Positions 1 to 11,769 of a stretch of 64,000 nucleotides of DNA are shown in pieces. The notes under the pieces were generated by a model that was not told the DNA's origin, searched no databases, and saw only the letters and a list, made by a program, of their open reading frames with translations. A program made the translations under genes and the position numbers. The DNA comes from the human T2T-CHM13v2.0 reference genome, Homo sapiens, in the NCBI RefSeq assembly GCF_009914755.1, contig NC_060928.1. The stretch is one strand, 5' to 3'. Within the stretch, counting starts at the first letter, position 1. Each line of letters opens with the position of its first letter.

Positions 1-656
1 AGGAATGCTTTTACACTGTTGATGGGCATGTAAATTAGTTCAGCCATTGTGGAAAACAGTGTGGTGATTCCTCAAAGACCTAGAGGCAGAAAAACCATTT
101 AACCCAGCAATCCCATTACTGGGTATATACCTAAAGGAATATAAATCATTGTGTTACAAAGATACATGAGCACGTATGTTCCTTGCAGCATTATTCACAA
201 TAGCAAAGACATGGAATCAACCTGAATGCCCATCAGTGATAGACTGGATAAAGCAAATGTGGTACATATATACCATGGAATACTATGCAGCCATTAAAAG
301 GAACTAGATAGTGTTCTTGCAGGGACATGGATGGAGCTGGAAGCTATTACCCTCAGCAAGCTAACACAGAAACAGAAAACCAAATACCACGTTATCACTT
401 ATAAGTGGGAGCTGAATGATGAGAACACATGGACACATGCAGAAGAACAACACACGCTGGGGCCTGTCAGAGGGTGGGGTGTGGGAGGAAGGAGGACATC
501 AAGAATAGCTAATGGATGCTGGGCTTGATACCTAGGAGATGGGATGATCTGTGCGGCAAACCACCAAGGTGCACATTTACCTATGTAACAAACCTGCACA
601 TCTTGCACATGTACCCCGTACTTAAAATTTGGAAATCAAATAAACCAATAAATAAA
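1..656 (+). mobile_element. L1 3' end (L1PA/L1PB-type ORF2 end + 3'UTR), continues left of window
   Basis: Typical L1 3' sequence (gacccagcaatcccattactgggtatatac-like; gtaacaaacctgcacat) ending in an A-rich tail; abuts an older minus-strand L1. Confidence 0.92.
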
Positions 657-1891
657 TTATAGGATTTTTTTTCTATTTCTGTGAAGAATGTCATTGGTAT
701 TTTGATAGGGATTGCTTTGTGTTTTCCTGCCATCTTAACAATATTAATTCTTCCAACCCATGCACATGGAACATTTTTTCATTTTTCTGTGTCTTCTTCA
801 ATTTCTTTCATCAGTGTTTTATAGCTTTCCTTGTTTAGCTCTTTTAATTCTTTGGTTAGATTGAGTTCAATGTCTGTTATATTATTTGTAGCTATTGTAA
901 GTGGAATTGCTTTCTTGATTAATTTTTCAGATTTTTTTGAAATAGAAATAGATAATTGAAATAGAAATTATATGAAGTATCTTAGTTGGTATATATAAAT
1001 GCTATTGATTTTTGTGTGCTGATTTTGTACCCAGAAACTACTGAATTTATTAACAAGTTATGACAGTTTTTTGATAAAGTCTTTAGTTTTTTCCAGATAT
1101 AAAATCATGTTATAGAAACAAGGCTAATTTTACTTACTATTTTGCAATTTGGATGCCCTTTATTTCTTTCTTTTGCCTAACTGCTCTTGCCAGAACTTTC
1201 AGTACTGTGTTGAGTAAAAGTGGTGTAAGTAGGCATCCTGAGCTTGTTCCAGATTTTAGTAGAAAGCCTTAAACTCTTTCCCATTTAGTACAATGTTAGC
1301 TGTGGGCTGGTCATATATGGCCTGTATTATTTTGAGGTATGTTCCTTTTATTCCCATTCTGATGAGGTTTTTTGCCATGAAGATATGTTGAATTTTATCA
1401 AATGCTTTTTTGGCATTTATTGAAATAATTGTATGGCTTTTGTTATTGATTCTCTTAATGTGATATATCGTGTTTATTGATTTGCATATGTTGACCTATT
1501 CTTGCATCCCAGGAATGAATCCAACTTGATTATGGCAAAGAACCTTTTTAATACATTGTTTTGTTTTGTTTTTTTGAGATGGAGTCTTGCTCTGTCGCCC
1601 AGGCTGGAGTGCAGTGGCGCAATCTTGGCTCGCTGCAAGCTCGGCCTCCTGGGTTCACACCATTCTCCTGCCTCAGCCTCCTGAGTATCTGGGATTACAG
1701 GCGCCTGCCACCATGCCTGGCTACTTTTTTGTATTTTTAGTAGAGATGGGGTTTCACCATGTTAGCTAGGATGGTCTCAATCTCCTGACCTTGTGATCCA
1801 CCTGCCGCAGACTCCCAAAGTGCTGGGATTACAGGCGTGAGCCACAGCACCCAGCCTTTAATACATTGTTGAATTCAGTTTGCTAGTATTT
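657..1891 (-). mobile_element. L1 ORF2 RT segment (non-inverted part of a 5'-inverted L1), interrupted by an Alu
   Basis: Minus strand translates [33 protein letters not shown], matching L1 RT. Confidence 0.9.
1561..1856 (-). mobile_element. AluY-like SINE
   Basis: Full dimer with Y-type gcaagctc..ggttcacaccattctcc; 14-bp TSD tttaatacattgtt at 1547-1560 and 1857-1870. Confidence 0.93.
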
Positions 1892-1910
1892 GTGTGTGTG
1901 TGTGTGTGTG
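1891..1910. repeat. (TG)n microsatellite at the L1 inversion junction
   Basis: Ten TG units read directly. Confidence 0.95.
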
Positions 1911-1939
1911 CTTTTGTTTGTTTCTATTACTTTATTTGT

Positions 1940-3720
1940 GATCAAAATATCTCTTTAAAATAACTTGCTATATCTTTAAGATGTTTTTCATAAGCCTCAT
2001 GATAACCACAGCACAAAAACTTGTAATAGATACATTAAAAATAAGCAACAAATTAAAACATCTTACCAGATAAACCACTTCAACACAAAGCAATATAGTA
2101 AGACTGAAAAGTCTGAAAACAACCAGAAAATAGGCAATAAAGTGGCCATAGTAAGTCCTTACTCATCAACAATAACATAGAATGTAAATGGTCTGAAATC
2201 TCCATGTAAAATGCATAGATTGGCTGAATATAAAAAAATCAAGACCCAACTATATGCTGCCTTCAAGAAACCCACTTTACCTACAAAAATGCACATAGAT
2301 TGAAAGTGAGGGGGTAGGAAAATATATTCCATGCAAGTGAAAACCAAAAACGATCAAGAATAGCTATGTTTATATCAGATAAAACAGACTACAAATCTAA
2401 GAATGTAAAAAGAGACAAGAAAGTCACTGTATAATGATAAAGGGGTCAATTCAGCAAGAGAAATTATAACAATTATAAGTATATATTCACCCAACACCAG
2501 AGCTCCCAGGTATATACAGCAAGTATTAAAAGATCTAAAGGGAAAGATAGAATGCAATACAAAAATAGTAAGGGACTTTTACACCACACTGTCAGTAATG
2601 GGAACATCATCCAGACAGAAAATCAACGAAGAACCAGTGGAACTATACTGCACAATAGGTCTAATAGACCCAAGTGATATTTACATAATATTTTGCTCAA
2701 CTGCTGAAAAAAATACATTCTTTCCACTAGTGCATGGAACATTCTTCACAGTAGACTATATCTTAAGCCACAAGACAAGTCTGAACAAATTCAAAATAAT
2801 AGAAATCATATCAAGCATCTTTACTACCACAATAGAATAAAACTAGAAATTAATAACAAGAGAAACCTTGGAAAATGCACAAACATGTACAAATTAAACA
2901 ACATGCTCTGCATTGATCAATGGATCAATGAAGAAATTAAGAATGAAACAAATGAAAATGAAAATACAACATATCAAAATCTATGAGGCACAGCAAAAGC
3001 AGTATTAAGAGAGAAGTTTAAAGCAATAAACACCTATATCATAAAAGGAGAAATAAACAACCTAAAAACACATCTCAAGGAACTAGAAAAGCAAGAACAA
3101 ACCAAACCCAAAATTAGTAGAAAGAAAGAAATAATGAGGACCAGAGTAGAAATAAGTAAAACTGAGACAAAAAAAATACAGAATATCAACAAAACAAAAT
3201 GTTGTTTTTTTGTAAAGATTAAAAATTCAACAAATGTTTAGTTACACAAAGAAAAAGAGAGAAGATCCAAATAAATATATAAAAACACAAACAAAAAAGG
3301 AGAGATAACAACTGAGACCTCAGACATACAAAGAATAATTCAAGACTAGTGTGAGCAACTAACTATATGCCAACAAATTGGAAAACCTAGAAGAAATGGA
3401 TAAATTCCTAAACACATAAAACCTACCAAGATTGAAATATGAAGCAAGAGAAAACCTCAACAAGCCAGCAATGAGTAGTAGAATAAAAGCCATAAGTCTC
3501 CCATCCAAGAAAAGCTGAGGACCTGATGGCTTACTGCTGAACTCTACCAAACATTTGAATAATGAATCAAACTCTCAAAAAAATTAAAGAGGAGGGAATA
3601 CTTTCATAAATTCATTCTATGTAGCTAGCATTACCCTGATAACAAAGCCAGATAATGACTCAACAGAAAAAGAAACTTACAGGTCACTGTCACTGATAAC
3701 CATAGAGGCAAAAATTCTCA
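1940..3720 (+). mobile_element. L1 inter-ORF + ORF2 endonuclease to start of RT (inverted 5' part of the same L1)
   Basis: EN start near 2140 (ataacatagaatgtaaatggtctgaaatctcca); ends ..[24 protein letters not shown] at 3720. Confidence 0.9.
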
Positions 3721-3789
3721 GAAAGTCTTTTCTTGAAGGAAGATCTGCATAGCTCATCTCTGTGTCCAGTACAATGTCCCTGCCTTTCT

Positions 3790-4005
3790 TCTCCTCAAAG
3801 CACTTTTCACTTTTCCTTCATTTCTCTATAACTTGAAACTTGTTTTTGTGTATTTATCTGTTCAATTGCTGGCTTCTCCACCAGATGGCAAACTTCATGA
3901 GAGCAGAGGTTACATTTATTTCATTTTCTACTATATACCCAGCACCTAGCACCATGGCTGGCACGTTACAAGAACATGAATGTTTGATGAACAAATGAAT
4001 AAATG
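3790..4005 (+). mobile_element. L2 3' end
   Basis: cccagcacctagcac..tgaatgtttgatgaacaaatgaataaatg L2 tail. Confidence 0.75.
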
Positions 4006-4849
4006 TTGCTGACATCTGAGGATAATTTGCCTTGAAGGTATTTGTAACCGGGATCCTGAGTGGTCAACAGATGCAAACCACTGCATATGACCCAAGCCTC
4101 TACAAGATTCGGAAAATTCTGCTTTTCCCTGCCAGGGGTATTGCTTTTTCAACTAACAGGCCTTAGTCTAGCCTGTGAAGTCTGGTTTCAGACCCTTGTG
4201 GTCTGACCTATCTTGTTTCTATCTCCAGCTTAGAATAAAATAGTGCCTTCAGCTTCTAATCCTCCTGAGTCTTTGAGAATCTAATTTCCTTTCATCTGCG
4301 GCACTAGGTAAAGTCATGAAGAGCTAATTTGGGTGAAGTCCTGGTGACATCATAACCACATCTACTATCAGCTACTGTTTCCTGCCCCCCAAAAAATCTG
4401 AATTTTCTTCTCTCTAGGCTTTGAAGCTTGTATATTTCCAACATCTCTTTTCCCCAAAAACTATTTTCATGCTGTGTTATACTGGGTTTTATTGCCCACC
4501 CTCCAGCTGAGCAGTCCTCCTGACTCTTAGCTTGCAGTTCTCATTCAGGAATTTCTGCTACCCACTCATGGGGCAGAAAGGAGGGGAGAACAGCCATTAA
4601 GGCTATCAAATATTACAAAATTGAAGACCCCACTGCTGGAATTTTAACAGCTGCTCTCCATACTGTCTCCTAATCTAAGCTTGACCATGTGGTTCTCAAT
4701 AACAATTTAGGGAGGAGGGGTTCAGATCATCTAGACTATAATTATTAAACGGGGACAAAAAATTGAAGACCCCAACAATGATCAATTTGGTAACTTTACA
4801 GAGGACTAGCCTCACCCCAGTCATCATTAGGAGTTTCTTTTCAGTCTGC

Positions 4850-5105
4850 TCAGTAATGTGGTTGAGGAAAAGGATCCCCGGGCCTGGGTTCAAAGCCCAG
4901 CTCTGTCATATATTAGCTACATAATGTTGGGCAATTTGCTTAACTTTCCATGCCAACATCTTCATAAATATAAGGAGGTAAAATAAAAGCATCCACATAT
5001 GAAGTGCTTGGAGTGATTAATAAAGTAATGTATACAAGTTGCCTAACAAAGTTTCTGGCACAGAAACAGAAGAAACACATAAAAATGTTATTGACTATTG
5101 TTATT
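4850..5105 (+). mobile_element. MIR SINE
   Basis: ctgggttcaaagcccagctctgtca..ttgggcaatttgcttaac core. Confidence 0.7.
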
Positions 5106-5279
5106 TTTTGTGTCATCACTCTTTTCTTTTGTTCAATTGTCACTCTCTCTCACCTTCCTTCCTCCTCCTTTCTAGTCGCTCTGTCTCATTCTTTCTCTGA
5201 GTTTTTCTATAAATGAGGAGAAAAAAGAGCCTTATCTACTCATGCCTTCACTAAGAAATTAGTCATTTATTAATAATGA

Positions 5280-5510
5280 GAGGCAATATTGCAAAGTGGT
5301 TGGTCTGGTAGACTCTGGAGCCTGATGTCTTGTTTAATATTGTATCTGCCACATCCTTTCCTGTGTATTCTTGGGCAAGATACTTAACTTCTCAGTTTTC
5401 CTATCTGGAAAATACAGATAATATTTGTGTCTGCTTCACAGAGTTATTTTTAAGATAAAATGATTTATATAAAGTACCTAGTGCATAAGACTTCTGGATA
5501 AATATTAACT
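5280..5510 (+). mobile_element. MIR SINE
   Basis: gactctggagcc..ttgggcaagatacttaacttctcagttttcctatctg core. Confidence 0.7.
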
Positions 5511-5580
5511 TTATTTCTTACAGCTTATTTTTATTTTAAAAGAAGGAAAAGAATTACTAAAAATAATAAATAAATAAATA

Positions 5581-5582
<2 letters not shown>

Positions 5583-5627
<45 letters not shown>
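5583..5627 (+). repeat. Pure A45 tract
   Basis: 45 consecutive A, preceded by (TAAA)n; no Alu or L1 body adjacent. Confidence 0.95.
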
Positions 5628-5630
<3 letters not shown>

Positions 5631-6414
5631 CGGCATGAACAAGGGAGCTATCAGGGATCAGATAGCCTCTCCCTGTTATACATCAAACCTCCAAGTTACT
5701 GTGTCTACTGAAGACCTTACTTTAATAACTTTCCCAACAGTCAACTCTCTTTCAACTAACTTTTCTCTTCTCTCTTGGGAGATTTCCCCTGGGTTGCCTG
5801 TTAGTGACTCACTTCCTACTGGCAGTCTTGTTCACACTTTAAACTTCCTGACAGTTAGTGAATCACCTCTGTATCCTGCCTTGTTATGTATTTATTTTTG
5901 CTTCTCCTTACCTGCCCCTACCCCCACCCCACACCAGCCACCTAATTCTCCTGGAGAAATCAAACAGTGAAGAGAAAAGACATTAGGGGCCAGAACATTG
6001 GATATCCATGGAAACTCAATGCCTTAAATACCTTTGGATGAAGCTTCAACTCAAATGTTGGTAAAATGTCTCCTCCCTCATTTCTCTTAATGTTAGAACC
6101 TACAATCTCTCAATTCTAACCTGTTATTTTCTTCAAAGCCTCCAATTAAAACCTCAGGTACAAACACTTGTATTTGTTTAGTGAAATATTTTTTACATGA
6201 AGAAGACTTTGGAAGATGAAATTCTAGACAGAAGAGGTAGTGTGATGAGAAAGAAAGAGAGGATGAGAAGGGGAGGATGAACAGCAACGGATACCCGCAA
6301 AATGAATGGGGATGGTGATAGTACAGGTAAAGAGAGAGGATGAGCAAGAAAGAGAATTTGGAGAGACTGATGAAAAAAACAGAAAATGAAAAATAAAAAC
6401 TGAAGAAAGTAGAA

Positions 6415-6675
6415 TATAATTAGCCTGGTGATTAAGAGTACTGGTTTTAGAGTTAGAGTAACTGTTCACATTACAGCTTTAATACTCACTAGCCATGTAA
6501 CCCAGAGCAAGGTAGTTAACGTTTCAGTACCTCAGTTTTCCTATCTTTAAAATGGGAATAATAGTAGTACCTACCTCAGGGTTGTTGTGATTAATGAGCT
6601 AATGCATGGAAAATGTTGTGAACAATGTCTAGAACATAACAAGTGCTCAATAAATGTAGCAGTGGTTATTATTAG
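6415..6675 (+). mobile_element. MIR SINE (near full length)
   Basis: cctcagttttcctatctttaaaatgggaataatagtagtacctacctcagggttgttgtg..aagtgctcaataaatgt. Confidence 0.85.
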
Positions 6676-8964
6676 TAGGAATATTTATTCTTATAACTAA
6701 GGTCATCAGAGCAATTATTGTTTTCTTAAATTATCAGTATTTATAGCTATGACAACTTCTGAATGTCTACATTTCCAAATAATTAGAAAAACTTTTACTA
6801 GAGATGCCCAATATATTTGTCAGTGATATTAAATATTACTATCTCACTAAGAATGTGCTAAAGAAAATTCAGCAAAACAAATTATTTACAATTTGCACAA
6901 ATGTGCTACAAACATCCAGAAGAAAAATTCAACTGCATTTTTGTACTGTATTTAATGTATCTATTTTAGAATATCGAGGCACTTTCCTAGAGCCAGGACA
7001 TCCTGTTTTAAAATACTAGGGTCAGCGGGGAGAGAAGACTCAAAAGTCTATGTGTTAAATGTGTTTCCATACATTTCGCAGGGAACTGACCCCAAATCCC
7101 AGCATGTGTGTATAACTGCCTCAGATACCTGAAAGTAAACAAAACGGATAACTAGTCCTGCCTATTGAACCAACATTAAAGCTCTGATCAAAAAGATCTT
7201 CTCATCAGATGTTCATATATTCAAAAGTTTACTGCATCCCATAATGTGTTGACATGTTTACTGTGATTTGCTAAGAAGCAGGAGAGACTTTTTTCCACTT
7301 AACAGGAGGCTTCTTCAATCAGGCTCCTAAAGGGTTTTAGCAGTTCAAGCAGGTGAGTGACAAATGTGATTACAATCAACAGGAAATAGGAGCTAGATCT
7401 TCTGCATATTCTCCTACCCACCCCTCCCCTATAAAATATCTCACATTAAACTGCCAACATGATGAACTTCAGAAAATATTCACAGCCCAGTGACACTCAC
7501 ATAGTCAAGCTGCTATTAACAACTACTCAGACACCTAATATTGCCTTGTTTTGTGTGAACTGAAGACTGATGAACCTGAGTTATTTCCTTTTCACTGTTA
7601 TCTGATACTATCATTTTATAGTAGTTGGAGCAGAAAAGGAAAATTGGTCTCGAGGAAATGGAAGACAATGTTTATGATATTATAGTAAAAGAAATGAAAT
7701 ACAGTTTACAGACCCTGTTTTTGCCACTAATCATGCCTTTGCCAATTAAAAAATGAAAACAATGGTGTTTTACACGTAGTACTTTCCACTAACTTTTCAC
7801 ACATATAACCTCTTATAATCTTCTCAATGATCTTGAGAAGACTTATTCTCTAAGATTAACCTCTTGAAATATCTTAGGGCTAAATTTCCTGACCTATGAA
7901 CAAAACGTCTAAAATCTTGAGGAAAGAATGTTTATAGCAAGATAGCCTTTTTCAAGCCTAGTAACTGTGTTAACGTTTTTTTTTTCTTCTCTCCCTAGAA
8001 GAAGTGTGAAGCTCAGGCAACGAAAGTAAGATTTTCTAAAATGCACTTTTTATTGTTTTTCTATAAATTATTTACTTATTTCTCAAGTTTGTTCTAATTG
8101 AAAAGTTAACTTTGCTAATTCAAGGTGGCTCAGTCCCTTTCAGATATATCTGAATCTGTTTTGGTTTAAAACTCTGTTTCATGTTTTTCCTCTTTCTCCT
8201 CCCCTTAAGGATAATCTAAATTCTAGGAGTCTTACTTTTTGTCTCCAGGATCAGAACTGGAATGTCTATAAGGTATGACATCATCCTCCATCCACACTGG
8301 CCAAAGTTGAGTGTTTTGTTCATTCAGGCTTTGGGTACCATTCTGTCCCTTGATGCTTGCCCTGGCTTGGACAGTGTATCCTGTCATACACCAGCCTACA
8401 TTTAGCCCTTGCTTCTAGAGTACCTGGGGGCTCTGAGAGGTTGTCTTTGGACCTATGATCAGACACCTCCTTCAGTAATGGTCCATTGTCACTCAGGCAT
8501 GATATTGGACTTGGGACGTCTTTTACTTTGCAGTTTGGGAGCTGCACCCTCTGAAGCTCCATCTGCTATGGATCCCCATACACTTAGCCAGGCTTTCTTT
8601 TGTCCTCCCTATGAGGTTTACACTACACACAATGGAAGTAAGCAGGAACTTTTCTGGCACCCATTAAAGCCCTAGTAGGGCCTTCTCAGATTTTTCTTTT
8701 GCCACCAGCTGATCAGACTTTCATCTCCTTTAAGTGACCAAAAAAGACCCTGATCCTATATCATCCTGCATTTTTGTCAACTCTATGATGCACAGGATAA
8801 ATTACATATCCTGTGTCCTCTTGATGTTCAAAATCTACCTCTTGAAATTTTAAGGAAAAATATATTGTCTCTCAAGAAGGCTCATGTAAATCAAAAGCAC
8901 TGGCTTTTCGACCGCTAACAGTTTCTGGTGTAGAGTAGTAATAGTCTATTTAGTCTACTCTTAG

Positions 8965-9215
8965 AGTCAGTAATATATAATGATTAGGCACTTGGTTTCA
9001 AGGGCCAGAATGCCCAGGTTCAAATCTCAGTGTAAATGTATACTAGCTATTTGACGTTACATAAATCAACCTGTATAGTTTCTTCGTCTGGAAAAAAGAG
9101 CATAATAAAGTTTCTGTCTCAAAGGGTTGTTGTGATTAAATAAGCTAAGCACTTAGTACAGTGTCTGGAATATATATAGTGTTTAGGACTGTATGTGGCA
9201 TATAGTAAGCAGTTT
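8965..9215 (+). mobile_element. MIR SINE
   Basis: cccaggttcaaatctcag..agggttgttgtgattaaa..aagcacttagtacagtgtctgg. Confidence 0.7.
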
Positions 9216-9559
9216 TTTTACTATTAAAATTATCAAAATTATTGTTACTTCAGAACTGAAATAGTCAAGAATTTGACTTAGGTCTTGCTGAGATCTCTTG
9301 TGTTTCTCATCTTAAGGCAATAGTCTGCAACCTAAATAGGGAAATATTTAAAGATATAATTCTGCTATAAAGAATTAAATCTAGTAGCTTTCTAACTACT
9401 GTGTACCAACCACTTAGACTGTATTGAACACAAACAAGTTGTTATGATGGCTAAAATGGACCCAGTAAAGAATAGCAGTTTACACCTTTTTCAAGTGTAT
9501 TTAGATTTATCTAAATTTAGATTCAATAAATCTAAAAATAATATCTCATAATTGTATGT

Positions 9560-9842
9560 ACTCTGTGAGGCCTTTCTTGATGAGTACCCTCTGCCTTCCC
9601 ATAGATTCGCAATACTCCTCCTCCACCATCCCCATATAAAACTAAATGTGATTTCTCTACTTTGAAGTCTCATAACTCTGTTTCTATCTCTTATGTGTAC
9701 TTTCACTAAATATCAATTACTGTAATTTTTATACTTGTTCACTCTCCCAATTTGGATTGCTGGCAACAATTCCTTTTTCTTTACTGACAGTGTCTGCTGT
9801 AATGCTTCATACTAAGAAGGTTACAAATAAATGCTGTTGAAA
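9560..9842 (+). mobile_element. L2 3' fragment (degenerate)
   Basis: ctctgtgaggcctttctt..aataaatgctgttgaa resembles the L2 3' end. Confidence 0.45.
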
Positions 9843-9924
9843 CATCTCTATGAAATGAAGCTAAGTAGTAAACTAAGTAGTAAAGTAAAAATTATAAGAA
9901 ACACTGAATGAGATAAATGCAATG

Positions 9925-10146
9925 AATCATAGTAGTTAACAGTATAGACTTTATGTAAAGCTGCAACAGGTTTCAATCCTAGCTCTGTTATGCTGTGACC
10001 TTGTACAAAAGTCTGCACAGTCTTTTCATCTTAAGCTGGGGACATTTAAAATCATATGACAGGATAGTTGTGTGAGTTAAGATTATGTGCAAAGTACTCA
10101 GCACAGCATTTGGCATATGGTAGCCATCAATTAATAGTAGCTATTA
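9925..10146 (+). mobile_element. MIR SINE
   Basis: aatcctagctctg..gctgtgaccttg..aaagtactcagcacagcatttggcatatggta. Confidence 0.7.
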
Positions 10147-10242
10147 AGCCTGAGGAGGTGATACCAAAAACTTTGTATGTACCTCAGAGTTTTGGCTATA
10201 TGGGTATTCTGATTAAAACTATTCAATTAGAAAGTTAGAGCC

Positions 10243-10691
10243 TGTAGTAGGCTGAAAAATGGCCCACTAATATATCCACATCCTAATCCGCAGAACCTGT
10301 GACTATTACCTTATGTGCCAAAAGGGACTTTGTAGATGTGATTTAAGTTAAGGATCTTGAGATAAGGGAATGTCCTGGATTATCTTGGCAGGCTTAAGGT
10401 AATCACAGGGATTCTTCCCCAAAAGAAGGAGTTCGGAGATTAAAGAGAGAGTAGGAAATGTGAAGACAGAAGCAACATGCTGTAGTGATCGTGAGCCAAG
10501 ACATGCAGGTAGCCATTAGAAACTTAAAAAGACAAGAAAATGGATTCTCTCCTCAGAGCCTCCATAAGGAGCAAGCCCTAAGATTAATTTTGTACTTCTG
10601 ACTTTCAGGACTGTAAGATAATTAATACCAGTTGTTTAAAAGCACTAAATTTATGGTAATTTGTCATAATGGCAACAAGAAAATGAATCCA
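10243..10691 (+). mobile_element. MLT1D-like MaLR solo LTR
   Basis: tgtagtaggctgaaaaatggccc..atccacatcctaatcc..aaagggactttgtagatgtgatt..aaggatcttgagat; TG..CA ends. Confidence 0.85.
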
Positions 10692-10724
10692 GAGATTATG
10701 AAATAAAAATCAAGGTATTACTAC

Positions 10725-11240
10725 TTTGAAAAGTAATTTGATAATTTATTATAAAGTTAAACATACATTTACTCTATGACCAAGCAATTCCACTTCTAAG
10801 TACATTCCCAAGAGAAATGGACACAGAGTCTTACACACAGTTATTCATGGCAGCTTTATTCATAATAAACCCAAACTGGTAAGAACCTATATGTCCATCT
10901 GAAGGTGAATGGATAAGCAAATAACAATGCATTCATTCAATGGAATGCTACAGAGTTGCAATAAGAAGAAACTACTAATACAATAACATGGATAAATCTA
11001 AAATATTTTGCTGGCTGAAGGCAGAAACAAAAGCATACGTACTGTGTCATCTCACTTTTACATGTTCTAGGCAAGGCAAAATTAATCTATAGCAATAGAA
11101 ATCAGATCAGTGGTTGCCTCTGGGTATGGGGGCATTGGCTGTAAGGAACAGAAGGTAGGGTGAAGGAAACATTTTACATTTTGATTGTGGTGGTGGATAT
11201 ATGGGTGTGTAAATGTAATAAAACTCATTAAATTGTCCTG
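10725..11240 (+). mobile_element. L1M (L1ME/MD-type) 3' end
   Basis: tatgaccaagcaattccacttcta..gaaatcagatcagtggttgcct..aaaactcattaaattgt. Confidence 0.8.
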
Positions 11241-11449
11241 ACAAACCAATGGCTGTATTCAAGACCTTAAAAATGTTGAGAACGTTAGTCTAAACTAGAG
11301 CCTTAAATCCATATGGATTCCAAATATTTCATTCCAATTTCCACAAAGTAGCCTGGGAAATTGCCTGAACAAATACATATCTAATAAATTACAAGTAGTA
11401 GAATTTAAAAACTTATGCTATGCAAAATATGTAAAGCATAAAAGAGTTG

Positions 11450-11769
11450 CTTTCTTTTTTTTTTTTTTTTTTGAGACAACAACAAAAAAACAGACAGCCT
11501 GTTCTGTCGCTTAGGCTGGAATGCAGTGGCATGATCTCTGCTCACCGTAACCTCCACCTCCTGTGGTTCAAGTGATTCTCATGCCTCAGCTTCCCAAGTA
11601 GCTGGGATTACAGGCGCATGCCACCATGCCTGACTAAGTTTTGTATTTTCGATAGAGACAGGGTTCCACCATGTTGGCCCGGCTGGTCTTGAACTTCTGG
11701 CCTCAAGCCATCCGCCGGCCTCAGCCTCCCAAAATGCTGAGATTACAGATGTGAGTCACCGCACCTGGC
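11450..11769 (-). mobile_element. Alu (old S/Jb-like)
   Basis: Full dimer; short TSD aagagttg at 11442-11449 and 11770-11777; small A-rich insert near 11478-11492. Confidence 0.92.
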
